A stretch of DNA of 63,958 nucleotides, counting the filler, from Lenisia limosa (taxonomy: Eukaryota > Protista > Breviatea), in assembly GCA_001655205.1 (NCBI GenBank). It is 15 parts of 15 records of this genome, joined end to end, with 100 filler letters (N's around TTAATTAATTAA, not from the genome) between each part and the next. Parts side by side here need not be neighbours in the genome. Positions count along the whole stretch, not along the records: positions 38,642 to 50,621 come from LPNZ01007948.1; positions 50,722 to 52,575 come from LPNZ01008001.1; positions 52,676 to 55,412 come from LPNZ01005195.1; 12 more parts are not named here. One strand, written 5' to 3'. How positions within the stretch are numbered: the stretch's first letter is position 1; the number at the start of each line of letters is the position of its first letter. The notes under the pieces were generated by a model. It saw only the letters and a list, made by a program, of their open reading frames with translations. It did not search any database and was not told the origin of the DNA. The translations under genes and the position numbers were made by a program. Shown piece after piece: positions 41,601-52,725 of this stretch.

Positions 41601-44600
41601 TGGTAAAAAGCCTTCTAAGAAGGCAAATGATTGGGTGAATCATATTATACTCAATCCAGTATAATACATCTTCTCAGCGTGATGTGTGGACGGCTTCGAC
41701 CAGATACAACTTTATTATATTATTTCTCATTGCTACATATTACATATGATATGACGCGGTTTGCAGGTTCAGGAGACCGCTTCGGCGCTCCGAGACGTCA
41801 AGGCTGACTTGGAGGTTGCGCAGAGTCGAGCCACTTCGGAGAGCGAGTCCAAGAAAAAGGTGCGTACGGCCCAAGTATCTAGGGCTTCACTTCGGTTCGA
41901 AAAAGACCGTGAAATTATCGATAGTTTTCGAGGATTTATCGAGAAATTCAATCTTCGAAGTGAAGCCCTACAAGTAAAGTACCATAGTGATATTTTGCTT
42001 TGCCTGTTTTTGTTTATCCGCTGACTCCCCCAGGCCTATGTTGAGCGAGACAACGCCCTCAACCAGGCCCGGGCTGGCCGTTTGGAGCTCCAGGAGGCCC
42101 AGGACAAGGTCACGCGGATGGAAAGTGCCCTGTCTGCTGCGCAAGCCGACGCCAATGCTAGCGCCACTTTGGCGCAAGGCCGCGTTGCTGCTGCGGTCGA
42201 GGCTGAAGCCGCGGTCGCCAAACTCCGAGGCGAAGTTGCGCGTTTGGAGTGCCAGATTGTGGAGGCTCGCGCCGAGGCCGCCCAAGCCCGCACCGCGCTA
42301 TCCGACGCGTTAGCCGACAATTCGTCACTTTCGGCCATGGCCGAAGCGGCTCAGAAAGACGGCAGCTCAGCTCAGTCCAATATGGTAGCCCGAGACCTGG
42401 AGTTGGCGGCCTATCAACAGCAGGTGGCTCGGTTGGAGAGTCAGCGTGAAGCATCAAGGGAGGGCCACGAGGCAACAATCAAGTCCCTGCAGGACATGCT
42501 GGACAAAGCCGAATTGAGCAGCACAGACTTGGCCCGGCAGATGTCCGATGCTAAGGATGAAGTGTGGCGTCTCGACAGGGAGCTCACCAAAACGATCAAC
42601 GAGCTTCAGGAGGCCAAGCAACAGGCCAATGTCGTGGAGGCGCGGCTTGCCTCAGCAACCCAAGAGCTCCTGGCGTCTCAGGCCATTGCTGAATCCAGGG
42701 AACTCCAGCTCGAGGTTTGGGGATGATGTGCTTCTTCTTACTCGGCGGCGGACTGGTACTAACTTTGCTTCAGGGGGCGCACAGTGATGTTCTCGTGGCC
42801 AAGGCCGAAATACATGAGATTTCTGCGTCAAAAACGGCTCTTGAGAAGAAACTCCATTTCTCTGAGGAAGCCAAACAAGTCTGGGGGAGGGGGGGATGGA
42901 GGAAAACCGGCTTCAAAAATTTTGCTAAGGCGAAGTGCTCGTCCTTAATATACGCCTTATTCCCCTTTTTGACATTTTAGATGGCAGAATCGGCTGAGAA
43001 GGCACGAGCTCTGGCTCTGAACGACAAAACTGAGGAGTGTGCCAAGTTGAGCGAAATCAAAACCGGACTCGAGAGAAAGCTCCAAGTGGGATGTCACACA
43101 ATCGTTTTGCGGCTCTATGCCGTTTGCTACCAACTTACCATATTAGGAAGCTGGGTCTCAGGTGGAAAAGCTTACACGTGACCTTTGCCGTGCTGACCAG
43201 GAAGTTGCCAATCTCAAGGAGGAGCTGGACAATGCTGACATGTACCGCACGGCCGCTGAGGAGCGCACTGAGGTGGGGCCCTTACGAGCTCCTATTTCGC
43301 AGCATTCCTCAAGATTCACTTACCAAATTAGGCAACCCGCATTGGGAATTACTTACTAAATTAGGCAACAATCACCGGTCTGGAAACAGTTCAGCGAGAA
43401 CTGGTACACTGCCAGTCCCAACTTGCCGCCGCTAGTGACGCGAAGGCTCAAGCAGCTGAACGCATCCAGGTGAGGCCATTCCCAATTGTTCTACACTGAC
43501 CACGATAAGTCCTGACACGGATATTGCGCTTGATCTTTAGTCAAGTGTCAGGACTTATCGCGGCTATATATTTACACTATGGCTTGGCCTTTTACCATAC
43601 AGGCGATGCAGCAAACGACGGACACGCTCAACGCCAAGATATCGAAATCTGAGGCCTCCAATGACGAAACCACGGCGGCTCTCGAGCGTTCAGAGCAAGA
43701 AAGAAAGGTAGCGCGAACCTTCGCAAAGCGGATATTGACCCCCCCCCCCCNNNNNNNNNNNNNNNNNNNNNNNNNNNNNNNNNNNNNNNNNNNNNNNNNN
43801 NNNNNNNNNNNNNNNNNACCCTTTTGCGCGAGGCGTCGGAAGCGTCGGAAGCGAAGGCTGCTCAGGGACGCCAGCTCAGGTAGGGTTCACATGTACAGGA
43901 CAAATTTTATCCGATAACTGTACTTTTGGTCTCTTCACTGCCTTGTTCTAACTCCAAGGTCTGCTGAAATGGAGAGGGATGATGCGCTGTCACGTGCAGC
44001 CTCGAGTCTCCGCCAGCACACCGATGAGATGTCTGAAGCCATTACGCGCCTGCATGACGCAACACGCAAAACAGAAGACGCCGTTGCCGAAGCTAACATT
44101 GCAAAGCTTGCCAAGACTTCGGCTGAAGGTATGAAGCTTGCTACTACATAGTGTATTATATTCCATTTACAGCAATGCCATTTTAATCGTTTTAGAATCT
44201 CTTGAAACGACGTCAGCAACTCTTGCGCGGACGCAAGCCGAGCTCAACGACGTGAACGCAAGTTTGGCGTCTCTTCGCGTAACTGCTCAGGCAAACACAT
44301 CAAGTGATAATGAGAAGGTGGGAAAGGAGTGCAAAGCAAATGATACGATTATCATCATACTGTAGGTGGATTGTATTGAGAAACTGCTTTCTAACACAGT
44401 AGATTTTGGACTTGGCCAATTCGCTGCAGGCAGCGGAGAAGCAAGTTGACGACCTTCAAGCCGAAGTAGCCGTCAAGGATGTTGCAAGCAAAACGTCTGC
44501 CCTTCGCGAGGCTGGGCTCAAGGACAAAATCGCTGCTCTGGAGGAAGCTCTTGACAAGATACAGGAGGAGGTATGCAGGTTCCTGTTGAAACATTTGCGC

Positions 44601-47600
44601 CGTCGTCGCCTGTTCTTGTTAACTTACCTGTTCAGATTTCGGCCAACATGGACTCTCCAACTGAGACAGTCAAGGCTGACCAACAGCGTGCCATTTTTAT
44701 CAAAACCCAGACCGAGGTGAGACTTCCCTTCTGTTGTGTTAATTTATTTTCAAAAAGGATATGATATGATAATGTATAACCCCTCCAGCTAGCGTCAGCG
44801 AAGTCCGCCCTCAGCTCGGAAGCGGCTCTCCGTCTTGCTTCCGACAACGCCATTGATGAGCTCCGAGCCGAGCTGCAGAGGGCCGAAGCTGCCAGTGCCG
44901 CCGCTCTCGCCGCCGGGCTGACCAAGCAGTCGCAGATGAAGTCCATGGAGGTGAAACTGTCTGCTGCACAGGAGGGTCTTGACCAGGCTGTGCAGGACAG
45001 CGAGCAAAAGGCCGTGGAAGTGGCTAGACTGACTGAGACGCTCGCAGCTCTTCGAGCCAAAAACGACGGCGATGGCCAGAAGCTGCAAAGAGCTGAAGCC
45101 GCCCTCTCTTCGGCACAACAACAGGTCCAAACAGCTGAGACGGAACTGAGGGAAACACAGCAGTCCGTGTATCTTCTTGAGGAGGAAGTTGAACTCCTCG
45201 GTCGCGAGAAGGAGGACCAACAACGCGAAATTGACACGCTCAACACAAGCCTCACCAAGGCCAGCCAGAACGACCAATTACGAGCCGAGGCGGTGGCGGC
45301 ACAGAGAACCGCCCATCGAGCAGCCCAGGACGCGGACGAGGCCAAACATTTGGCTGAGGTCCAAGCCCAGGCACTGCAGGAGGAGCTTGAGACCCAAACT
45401 GGTTCGTGGGCCATTCTGGGTTATGATACTGCCTTGTTTTGTTTTAGATACGTTGTTAGTGGAGCTTCACTTTGGTTCGAAAAAAGACTGAATTTCTCGA
45501 TGAATCCGAAAACTATCAATATTTTACCGGTTTTTTTCGAACCGAAGTGAAGCCCTAATTGTTATACATATGTTGGCAAATATTCTTTTTCGAAATTTCC
45601 TTCGTTTTACTCCCCCCCCCCCCNNNNNNNNNNNNNNNNNNNNNNNNNNNNNNNNNNNNNNNNNNNNNNNNNNNNNNNNNNNNNNNNNNNNNNNNNNNNN
45701 NNNNNNNNNNNNNCGTATTTTGATTGTATGGCCAGATACAACCTTGTTGTTTTTTTCATCTCTATCCATTATATATTTGCTTGCTTGCTTCATGCCCTCA
45801 CGCCACAGTGCAACGCCACGCAGCACAAGAGGCTCGAGCCGCCGCCGTGACGCTCACCCGCCAAGCCGAGGCCAAGGCGTCGGAACTGCAGGCTCGGAAC
45901 ACGGACCTCATTCGCGACACTCAGCAGGCTCAGGCCGACCTTGATGATGCTCAGTCCGCTTTGGAGGCTACAGTTGCCGCCAAGCAGGAGTCTGCCAAGG
46001 AGGCCGCGTCAGCTCGGAAAGCGCTGGCCAAGGCTCAGCAGGAGGCGGACGCTGCTCTTGCCGACCTCAAGAAAATGGTCAATGACCGCGATGAAGTGAT
46101 CACTGATCTGAAGGAAGAGGCACAGGCAAGCCACACCCTTGTGACCCAGCTTCGCGCTGACGNNNNNNNNNNNNNNNNNNNNNNNNNNNNNNNNNNNNNN
46201 NNNNNNNNNNNNGCAGCACGCAAGGATTGCGCGTCGAAGGTTGCTACTGCGCGCCAGAGAGCCGCCGAAGCCGAAACAGGCATGATGGAGGAGCACCTGA
46301 AGCTGGTTGAGCTTCAAGGCGACAAGGACGACGCTGACGACCGAGCCAGTCGGTTAGAAGCCAGCCTTAAGGCTGCCGAGAGCCAGGCGAAGTCGAGCCG
46401 AGCCGAGGCGGGACGGACCATTGAGAGTGCCCTGGTGCGCGAGGCCGAGTATCGGACCGAAGCAGCCAACGCCCGGGCCGAGTCGACTGAGGCCCAGATC
46501 GGCCTGGCTGAGGCTGAGTCTCGTGCTGAAGCGGCACAGACCAGGCTCGAAAAGCTGGAGGCAAGGCTCACGGTCGCGGAGGAACAGAACAGCGGACTGC
46601 AGCGACAGATGAGGGAAATAGAGGAGGCAGGCGACGCAGCAGTTGCGTGTGCGCAATCCAGTCTTGCCAGGGTTGAGGAGGAGAGCAAAGACCTTCGGAA
46701 GGAGGCAGCCAGTCTCCGCCACCGCAATTCCGACCTTGATGACGTTTGCACCCGGCTGGAGACGAAACTGAAGGAAAGAGACGCCGTCATCGACGCCGAC
46801 CAAGCAACCATTACCGAGCTGAGACGCAGCACCGCTCTCAAGACGGACGAGGTGTCGGACGCGGCCAACAGTCTAAAGGCGGCCGGTGCGGCTCTGGACG
46901 AGCAGGAGAAGACCGCGGCAAGTCTACAGAATAAGCTTGGCCACACTGAACAGCGTCTTCAGCAGTTTACTGAGGAGGGCGACGGGCTGAAGTCTAGAGT
47001 GGAGTCTTTGGAGCTGCAGCTTAACACTGCTAATGCCGCTCTTACCAAGGCCGAAGCGGTTGGGGGGGGGGGGTGCTGTCATTTTTTACTTCAGTTTCAA
47101 TTTGTCGTAAAATGTCTGAGAAATATTTATATAATAATTGGCAAATTTGAAGGGCGACATGTTATAATGTAAACCCAATTTCAGACACTTTAATTTCAAA
47201 TTTATCAATTATGTCTTCAAAAAATTAATTGCACGGAGCCCTAATAATAATACAGATGATTTTAATGAGTATGTTTTACACCAGCATTCCTGACCCCCTA
47301 GGACCGAGACCGCTCATTAGCGGACCTCCGAGCCCTGCAAGGTGAAGCTGACAATGCCTCCGCCGCCCTGGCCGAGGCCAACGCCCAGATCATGGAGTTG
47401 GCAGCTCAGGTAGCCCTCGCTAAGAAATCGGCAAAGTGGGGGGTGGAGGAATGTTGGCTAATCATTTGAACGGAAATACAGTGACCGGGAAAAGTCTTGG
47501 CCGATTTTCACTGGGAAATCACTTGGCAAATCGGTTAAGACTTATCCAGGTCACTGTATATTGGTGCATTATTTCACATTTCTGCTTTGTAAGATGTACT

Positions 47601-50600
47601 TGAGCCCTCACGCTTCAGGACCACATCGGAGACCCAGGCCAAAACGGCTGCCCGATTCTCGATAGCCGAACAAGAACTGGCCACTGCACGGCCCGCCCTT
47701 CAAGCCGCCTTGGCCGATCTTGAAGATCACAAGACAAGAGTCCAGACTCTCTCCGGCAGTCTAAACGACGTCACGGTGGCGCATGAGACGAATCTGGCCG
47801 AATGTCGCACTCTCCGAGCCGACAAGACGGACTTGGAGGCCCAGCTGGCAGCCCTGGCCACTCAGCAGAGCCGAACCGAGGCCGAATGCGAGGAAATGAG
47901 AGGCAAATGCGATGCTCTTGTTGAGGCACGTGACAGCGCAGAGTCAGGTCTGAGCGATGCCCGCGACGAGGTTGGAAGCTTGAAAAGGCAACTTGCCGAG
48001 GAGACGCAAGCCAAGAAGACGAGTGATGATCGGCTGCAGCGGACCAGCGCCAAACTGGCCGAAAGCCGAAAGGAGCGAGATGATGTGTTCGCCAAAATTG
48101 CGACCCTACAGCTTGACCTGGAGGACCTTGAGGACACGGCTCGCCAGAGCGACAGCTTGCGAACTGAACTACTGAGCGTGCAGGCGTCTCTCGACAGCCG
48201 GCGTCAGGAGGTCAAGGCTAAACAGAGGGAGTCGGAAGCGCTTCGGAAGGACCTTGCCGCCGCCGTATCCAAGCTCACCGACGCGTCTTCCGACGTTGCT
48301 GCTGCCGAGGCCCTGGCACGTGAATCCGCTGCTCAGGCCGACAGTCTGCAACAGGACCTGACACGGGCCAAAACAGACCAGCGCAAGATGAGTCAGGCTC
48401 TTGACACCGCCAATACGCAGCTGTCGCAAGCACATGGGGACGTAGCCGACCTGTCTCAGGCGCTGCAGGCTGCTGACGACAAGCTCGCCACTCTGACTGA
48501 TGCCAACGACGACCAGGCGGCCAAAGTCACGAGTCTCTCCCGGCGATGCACTGAGCTCGAGGCGAAGCTTCTTGCTGCCCAGCTGGCTGTGGACGAGGAA
48601 AAAGCCCAGGCCGAGTTGACAGCGTCAGACCTGGAGACCAAATTAGCCTCGCACGCGGCCGCAGGCAAGCGACGCGATTCACGCGCACAGGAGTCGCTGC
48701 AGCGCGTCACCAACCAGCTCAACTCCAGGCTGTTCGAGGCCGAAGCCACCATCACGGAGCTGTCGGAGTCGCAGACCTTGAGAATGGAGGAGTCGGAAGA
48801 GAAGATCCGATCTGAGGCTTCCGCTCGTGCCGCCCTCAAGACCCAGGTCCACGACCTCGAAGCGGCCTTGTCAAGGGCTAATGCCGATCTCGCAGATCTA
48901 CAGAACCAGCTCACCTCGGCCAAATCCGCCTTGTCGGCCGCTCGTGCCGAAGTAAGTGTTGTCAAGTCCAACAGCGCCGCCGCCGCTGAGGCCCATGATA
49001 GTGCTCAGGAAGCGTTAGTGGCTCGGATGTCGGATGCGGAACAGCATGCTTCCGACCTTGAGCAGACTACAGCGAAGCTTCATGCCGAAATTGCCGAGCT
49101 CACCTCATCCGTGACAGCTATGGAGGCCCTGACGGAAGACAAGCAGAAGAAGATTGAAGAGTTAGTCCAGAAGACTGGGAGCTTAGAAGAGGCGATTGCC
49201 TTGCTTGAGAGAGAGCACGAGGAATGTCCTCGACCGGAGGAGGTCGCTGAGCTGGAAGGCAAGAACCTATCTCTTGCTGAAGCCATTCAGAACCTCGAAG
49301 CTGATAAGATGGAGTCCCTTTCAGTGATCAATAGACTTGAAACTCAATTATCGGAACTGACCACTTCCGCTTTCGACCTCACTTCTGAACGCGACCAGGT
49401 CAAAACCGCCTTTGATGAGGCTCAAGCAGCCCTCGCCGCCGCAGGAGCAAGCCTTGAGGAGCACCAGGCCAAAAGCCGGCGGCTGGCTTCGGAAGTTGAG
49501 GAGTTGAACGCCCAGGCTGCAGCCAACCAAGCTGAATCCGAGGCCAGCCACCAGGACAGGTCATCGCAGGTCTGTGAGCTCCAGAAGACTCTTGAAGAGA
49601 CCAACGCGCGAATATGCGGTCTTGAGAAGGAAAAGGAGCAAGCTGAGATGGAGAAGGGCAAACTTGAAGAGGAAAAGATTGGAATGGATGAAGAGAAGAA
49701 AAGTCTCGAACAAGAAAAAGAAAAGGCTGAAGCAGACAAAGTTATTCTTTCAGAAGAAAAAGAAAAGGTTGAGAAGGAAAAGGTTTCGCTGGAGGAAGAG
49801 AAAATAAGGGTCGAGGAAGAAATTGAAAGTTTGAAAGAAAAGAACACTTGTCTGAAAGAAGAGAAAGAGAAGGAAATTGAAAGAATGAAAGAAGAGAAAG
49901 AGAAGGAAATTGAAAAGATGAACGAAGAGAAAGAAAAGGAAATTGAAAGTTTGAAAGAAGAGAAAGAGAAGGAAATCGAAAGTTGGAAAGAAGAGAAAGA
50001 AGAGGAAATTGAAAGGATGAAAGAAGAGAAAGAGAAGGAAATTGAAAAGATGAACGAAGAGAAAGAAAAAACAATTGAAGGATTGAAAGAAGAGGAAGAG
50101 AAGAAGATTGATGGTTTGAAAGAAGAGAAGAAGAAGCAAACTGAAGGCATGATGGAAGCAAGGGAGAAGGAAATTGAAAGGATGAAAGAAGAGAAAGAAA
50201 AGGAAATTAAAAGGATGAAAGAGGAGAAAGAGAAAGAAATTGAATCCTTGAAAAAAGAGAAAGAAGGAGCGGAAAAGGAAAAGGTTGGAATGGAAGAAGA
50301 GAAGAAAAGGCTCGAACAAGAAAAAGAAAAGGCTGAGGCAGAAAAAGTTATTCTTGCAGAAGATAAAGAAAGGGTTGAGAAGGAAAAGGTTTCGCTGGAG
50401 GTAGAGAAAATGAGAGTTGAGGAAGAAATTGAAAGGATGAATGAAGAGAAAGAGAAGGAAATTCAAAAGATGAACGAAGAGAAAGAGAAGGAAATTCAAA
50501 AGATGATCGAAGAGAAAGAGAAGGAAATTCAAAAGATGAGCGAAGAGAAAGAAAAGGAAACTGAAAAGATGAACGAGGAGAAAGAGAAGGAAATTGAAAA

Positions 50601-50621
50601 GATGAACGAGGAGAAAGAGAA
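38677..50621 (+). CDS. Very large coiled-coil protein (over 2500 aa as seen), open at both ends
   Basis: More than 25 GT-AG exons in continuous A/E/L/K/Q-rich heptad-like frames. Long terminal exons at ~45810-47058 and ~47620-50621 (987-aa ORF). No globular domain recognised. Confidence 0.85.
39645..39818. repeat. Degenerate ~30-35-nt intronic tandem repeat (about 5 units)
   Basis: gctcatatgaacacaaatcc(c/a)agaat units inside a coiled-coil gene intron. Confidence 0.75.
41880..41970. mobile_element. MITE family A copy in coiled-coil gene intron
   Basis: Same TIRs; flanks CAAGTATC / CAAGTAAA (6/8 TSD match). Confidence 0.9.
45458..45557. mobile_element. MITE family A copy (others at ~18825-18921, ~24300-24369, ~27147-27243, ~55632-55735, ~61101-61191, ~63120-63214; fragments at ~21610, ~22960, ~51990, ~52375, ~60835)
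   Basis: Shared TIR and internal core (ttttcgaggatttatcgagaaattcagtcttttt). Confidence 0.85.
47479..47556. mobile_element. MITE family B (Tc1/mariner-like), TA on both sides
   Basis: TA|CAGTGACCGGGAAAAGTCTTG...AAGACTTATCCAGGTCACTG|TA. Confidence 0.9.
49840..50621 (+). repeat. Coding 33-nt tandem repeat (EEKEKEIE[R/K/S]M[K/N]) with a duplicated ~65-aa block
   Basis: Unit gaagagaaagagaaggaaattgaaaagatgaac repeated with variants. The block ..EKEKAEA(D/E)KVIL..EKEKVSLE.EK.RVEEEIE occurs at ~49700-49825 and ~50310-50430. Confidence 0.9.
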
Positions 50622-50789
50622 NNNNNNNNNNNNNNNNNNNNNNNNNNNNNNNNNNNNNNNNNNNNTTAATTAATTAANNNNNNNNNNNNNNNNNNNNNNN
50701 NNNNNNNNNNNNNNNNNNNNNCACACGATGTTTAATGCGTTGCATTCAATTAAGCTGAACGTGTTTCGAAGACGGTTAAGCAGTATTCT

Positions 50790-52340
50790 GACTCCCCAGA
50801 GTGTCCATGTCGATTGATGCTGTATCCGCTCTGGCTCCAAGAACTGTTCTCAGGTTGAAGGGTATACTGTCCATTTAATGGGTCTGATTTTTTATTTTCA
50901 TATTCTAATTAGTTTTTTATTGAGCAATTTGTTCATAAAATTTTCCCATTTTACTCCCCCCTCCCCTATCATGAATTGACCCTCCCCCCTCCCCCAGTGA
51001 CGACCGGGCCGGGTGGCGTAGCGGCCGATGGACGGGTGGCAAGGCGTGGCGCTGGGATAGCTTCGACAGCTGCCCTCGATGCTTCGCCAACAGCTCCAAG
51101 GAGGCGAAAGAGGAGAATGTGGGCCGACTGTTGGTATCATTATTAGGACTTCCCTACGGTCCCAAAAATCGATAAACCCTCGATAAATATCAATATTTTT
51201 ACGGTCTTTTTCGGACCGTAGGGAAGCACTATCATCATATTGTTTTTGTTTGTTAAATTGGGCTTTTTTTGTTTCATAAATTTTCCAATTTTACCCCCCC
51301 CCCCTGAGTGNNNNNNNNNNNNNNNNNNNNNNNNNNNNNNNNNNNNNNNNNNNNNNNNNNNNNNNNNNNNNNNNNNNNNNNNNNNNNNNNNNNNNNNNNN
51401 NNNNNNNNNNNNNNNNNNNNNNNNNNNNNNNNNNNNNNNNNNNNNNNNNNNNNNNNNNNNNNNNNNNNNNNNNNNNNNNNNNNNNNNNNNNNNNNNNNNN
51501 NNNNNNNNNNNNNNNNNNNNNNNNNNNNNNNNNNNNNNNNNNNNNNNNNNNNNNNGACGTGTCGATGCAGAGCGGAGCCGACCTCTCCGCTTTCATTCAA
51601 GATGCTAAGAGCTTGTCGACGCTTACCGCGGAAAAGTAGGCACCTTGCCTTTGCCTGGTTCTTCCAGTTCTTTTCATTGTTTAGTTCTTCGGATACCCGG
51701 TCAGACAATATGGATGACGCCGCTATTGTATCGTGGGGGGGGGGGGTANNNNNNNNNNNNNNNNNNNNNNNNNNNNNNNNNNNNNNNNNNNNNNNNNNNN
51801 NNNNNNNNNNNNNNNNNNNNNNNNNNNNNNNNNNNNNNNNNNNNNNNNNNNNNNNNNNNNNNNNNNNNNNNNNNNNNNNNNNNNNNNNNNNNNNNNNNNN
51901 NNNNNNNNNNNNNNNNNNNNNNNNNNNNNNNNNNNNNNNNNNNNNNNNNNNNNNNNNNNNNNNNNNNNNNNNNNNNNNNNNNNNNNNNTCCGATAAATCC
52001 TCGATAAGTATCGATATTTTACCGGTCTTTTTTGGATGAGAAGGGGGGGGGATTTTTATGCGTAATCCAAGATCTCTTATAATTGTACTGGTGTGGACGG
52101 CTTTGGACAGATACAACCTTGTTTTGTTTCTCATCTCCTTGTATTGGTAGCATGCAGGGGTGGGTGCTATTGTGTATATTTCCAAAACTGCAAGTAGTGC
52201 AACTAATGCAAGGCCTAACCCTTCAGATTTCGCCATTTCCGTCGTTGAAAAACGCGCAGTCCCAGGAGCACAACAACCCCGCGAATGCGGCAGTTCCTGC
52301 AGTCACTTCCGTCATCATTACCAACTCGGATGGCGTTGAA
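50790..52340 (+). CDS. Hypothetical protein fragments (gap-ridden)
   Basis: Open GT-AG exons SMSIDAVSALAPRTVL / DDRAGWRSGRWTGGKAWRWDSFDSCPRCFANSSKEAKEEN / DVSMQSGADLSAFIQDAKSL. Confidence 0.4.
51144..51231. mobile_element. MITE family A variant with CTTCCCTACGGT termini (second copy at ~1186-1256)
   Basis: GGACTTCCCTACGGTCC...GGACCGTAGGGAAGCACTA. Both TIRs are changed concertedly relative to family A; the internal core is the same. Confidence 0.75.
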
Positions 52341-52479
52341 GTGGGGAGGGGTGGCATCACATAGGGTACAACAAAAGACTGAATTTTCGATAATTGTCGA
52401 TATTTTACCTCTTTTTGTGACTGGAGTGCCCAGAATAGGGGTATATGAGGGTGCTAGGAGGCAACACTGCGGCGCATTG

Positions 52480-52554
52480 ACTTGGGATTCTTGTGAAATT
52501 GGGAATTCCCAAAGAATTTATGGGATTGCCAAATAGTACATTGGAATCCCAAGT
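52480..52554. mobile_element. Short palindromic repeat family F (second copy ~62795-62900)
   Basis: ACTTGGGATTCTTGTGAAAT...GGAATCCCAAGT; 11-bp inverted ends; TSD not evident. Confidence 0.55.
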
Positions 52555-52725
52555 GGATACACAATAGTGACCAAANNNNNNNNNNNNNNNNNNNNNNNNN
52601 NNNNNNNNNNNNNNNNNNNTTAATTAATTAANNNNNNNNNNNNNNNNNNNNNNNNNNNNNNNNNNNNNNNNNNNNGCACTATTTGGCTTTGTGTGTTTTT
52701 TTGTCTTTAAACCTTCGTAACTGTT

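Noticed and set aside
44632-50532. Long minus-strand ORFs (260, 210, 242, 260 aa)
   Set aside because: These are antisense shadows of the repetitive coiled-coil gene, with S/F/L-rich complementary composition.
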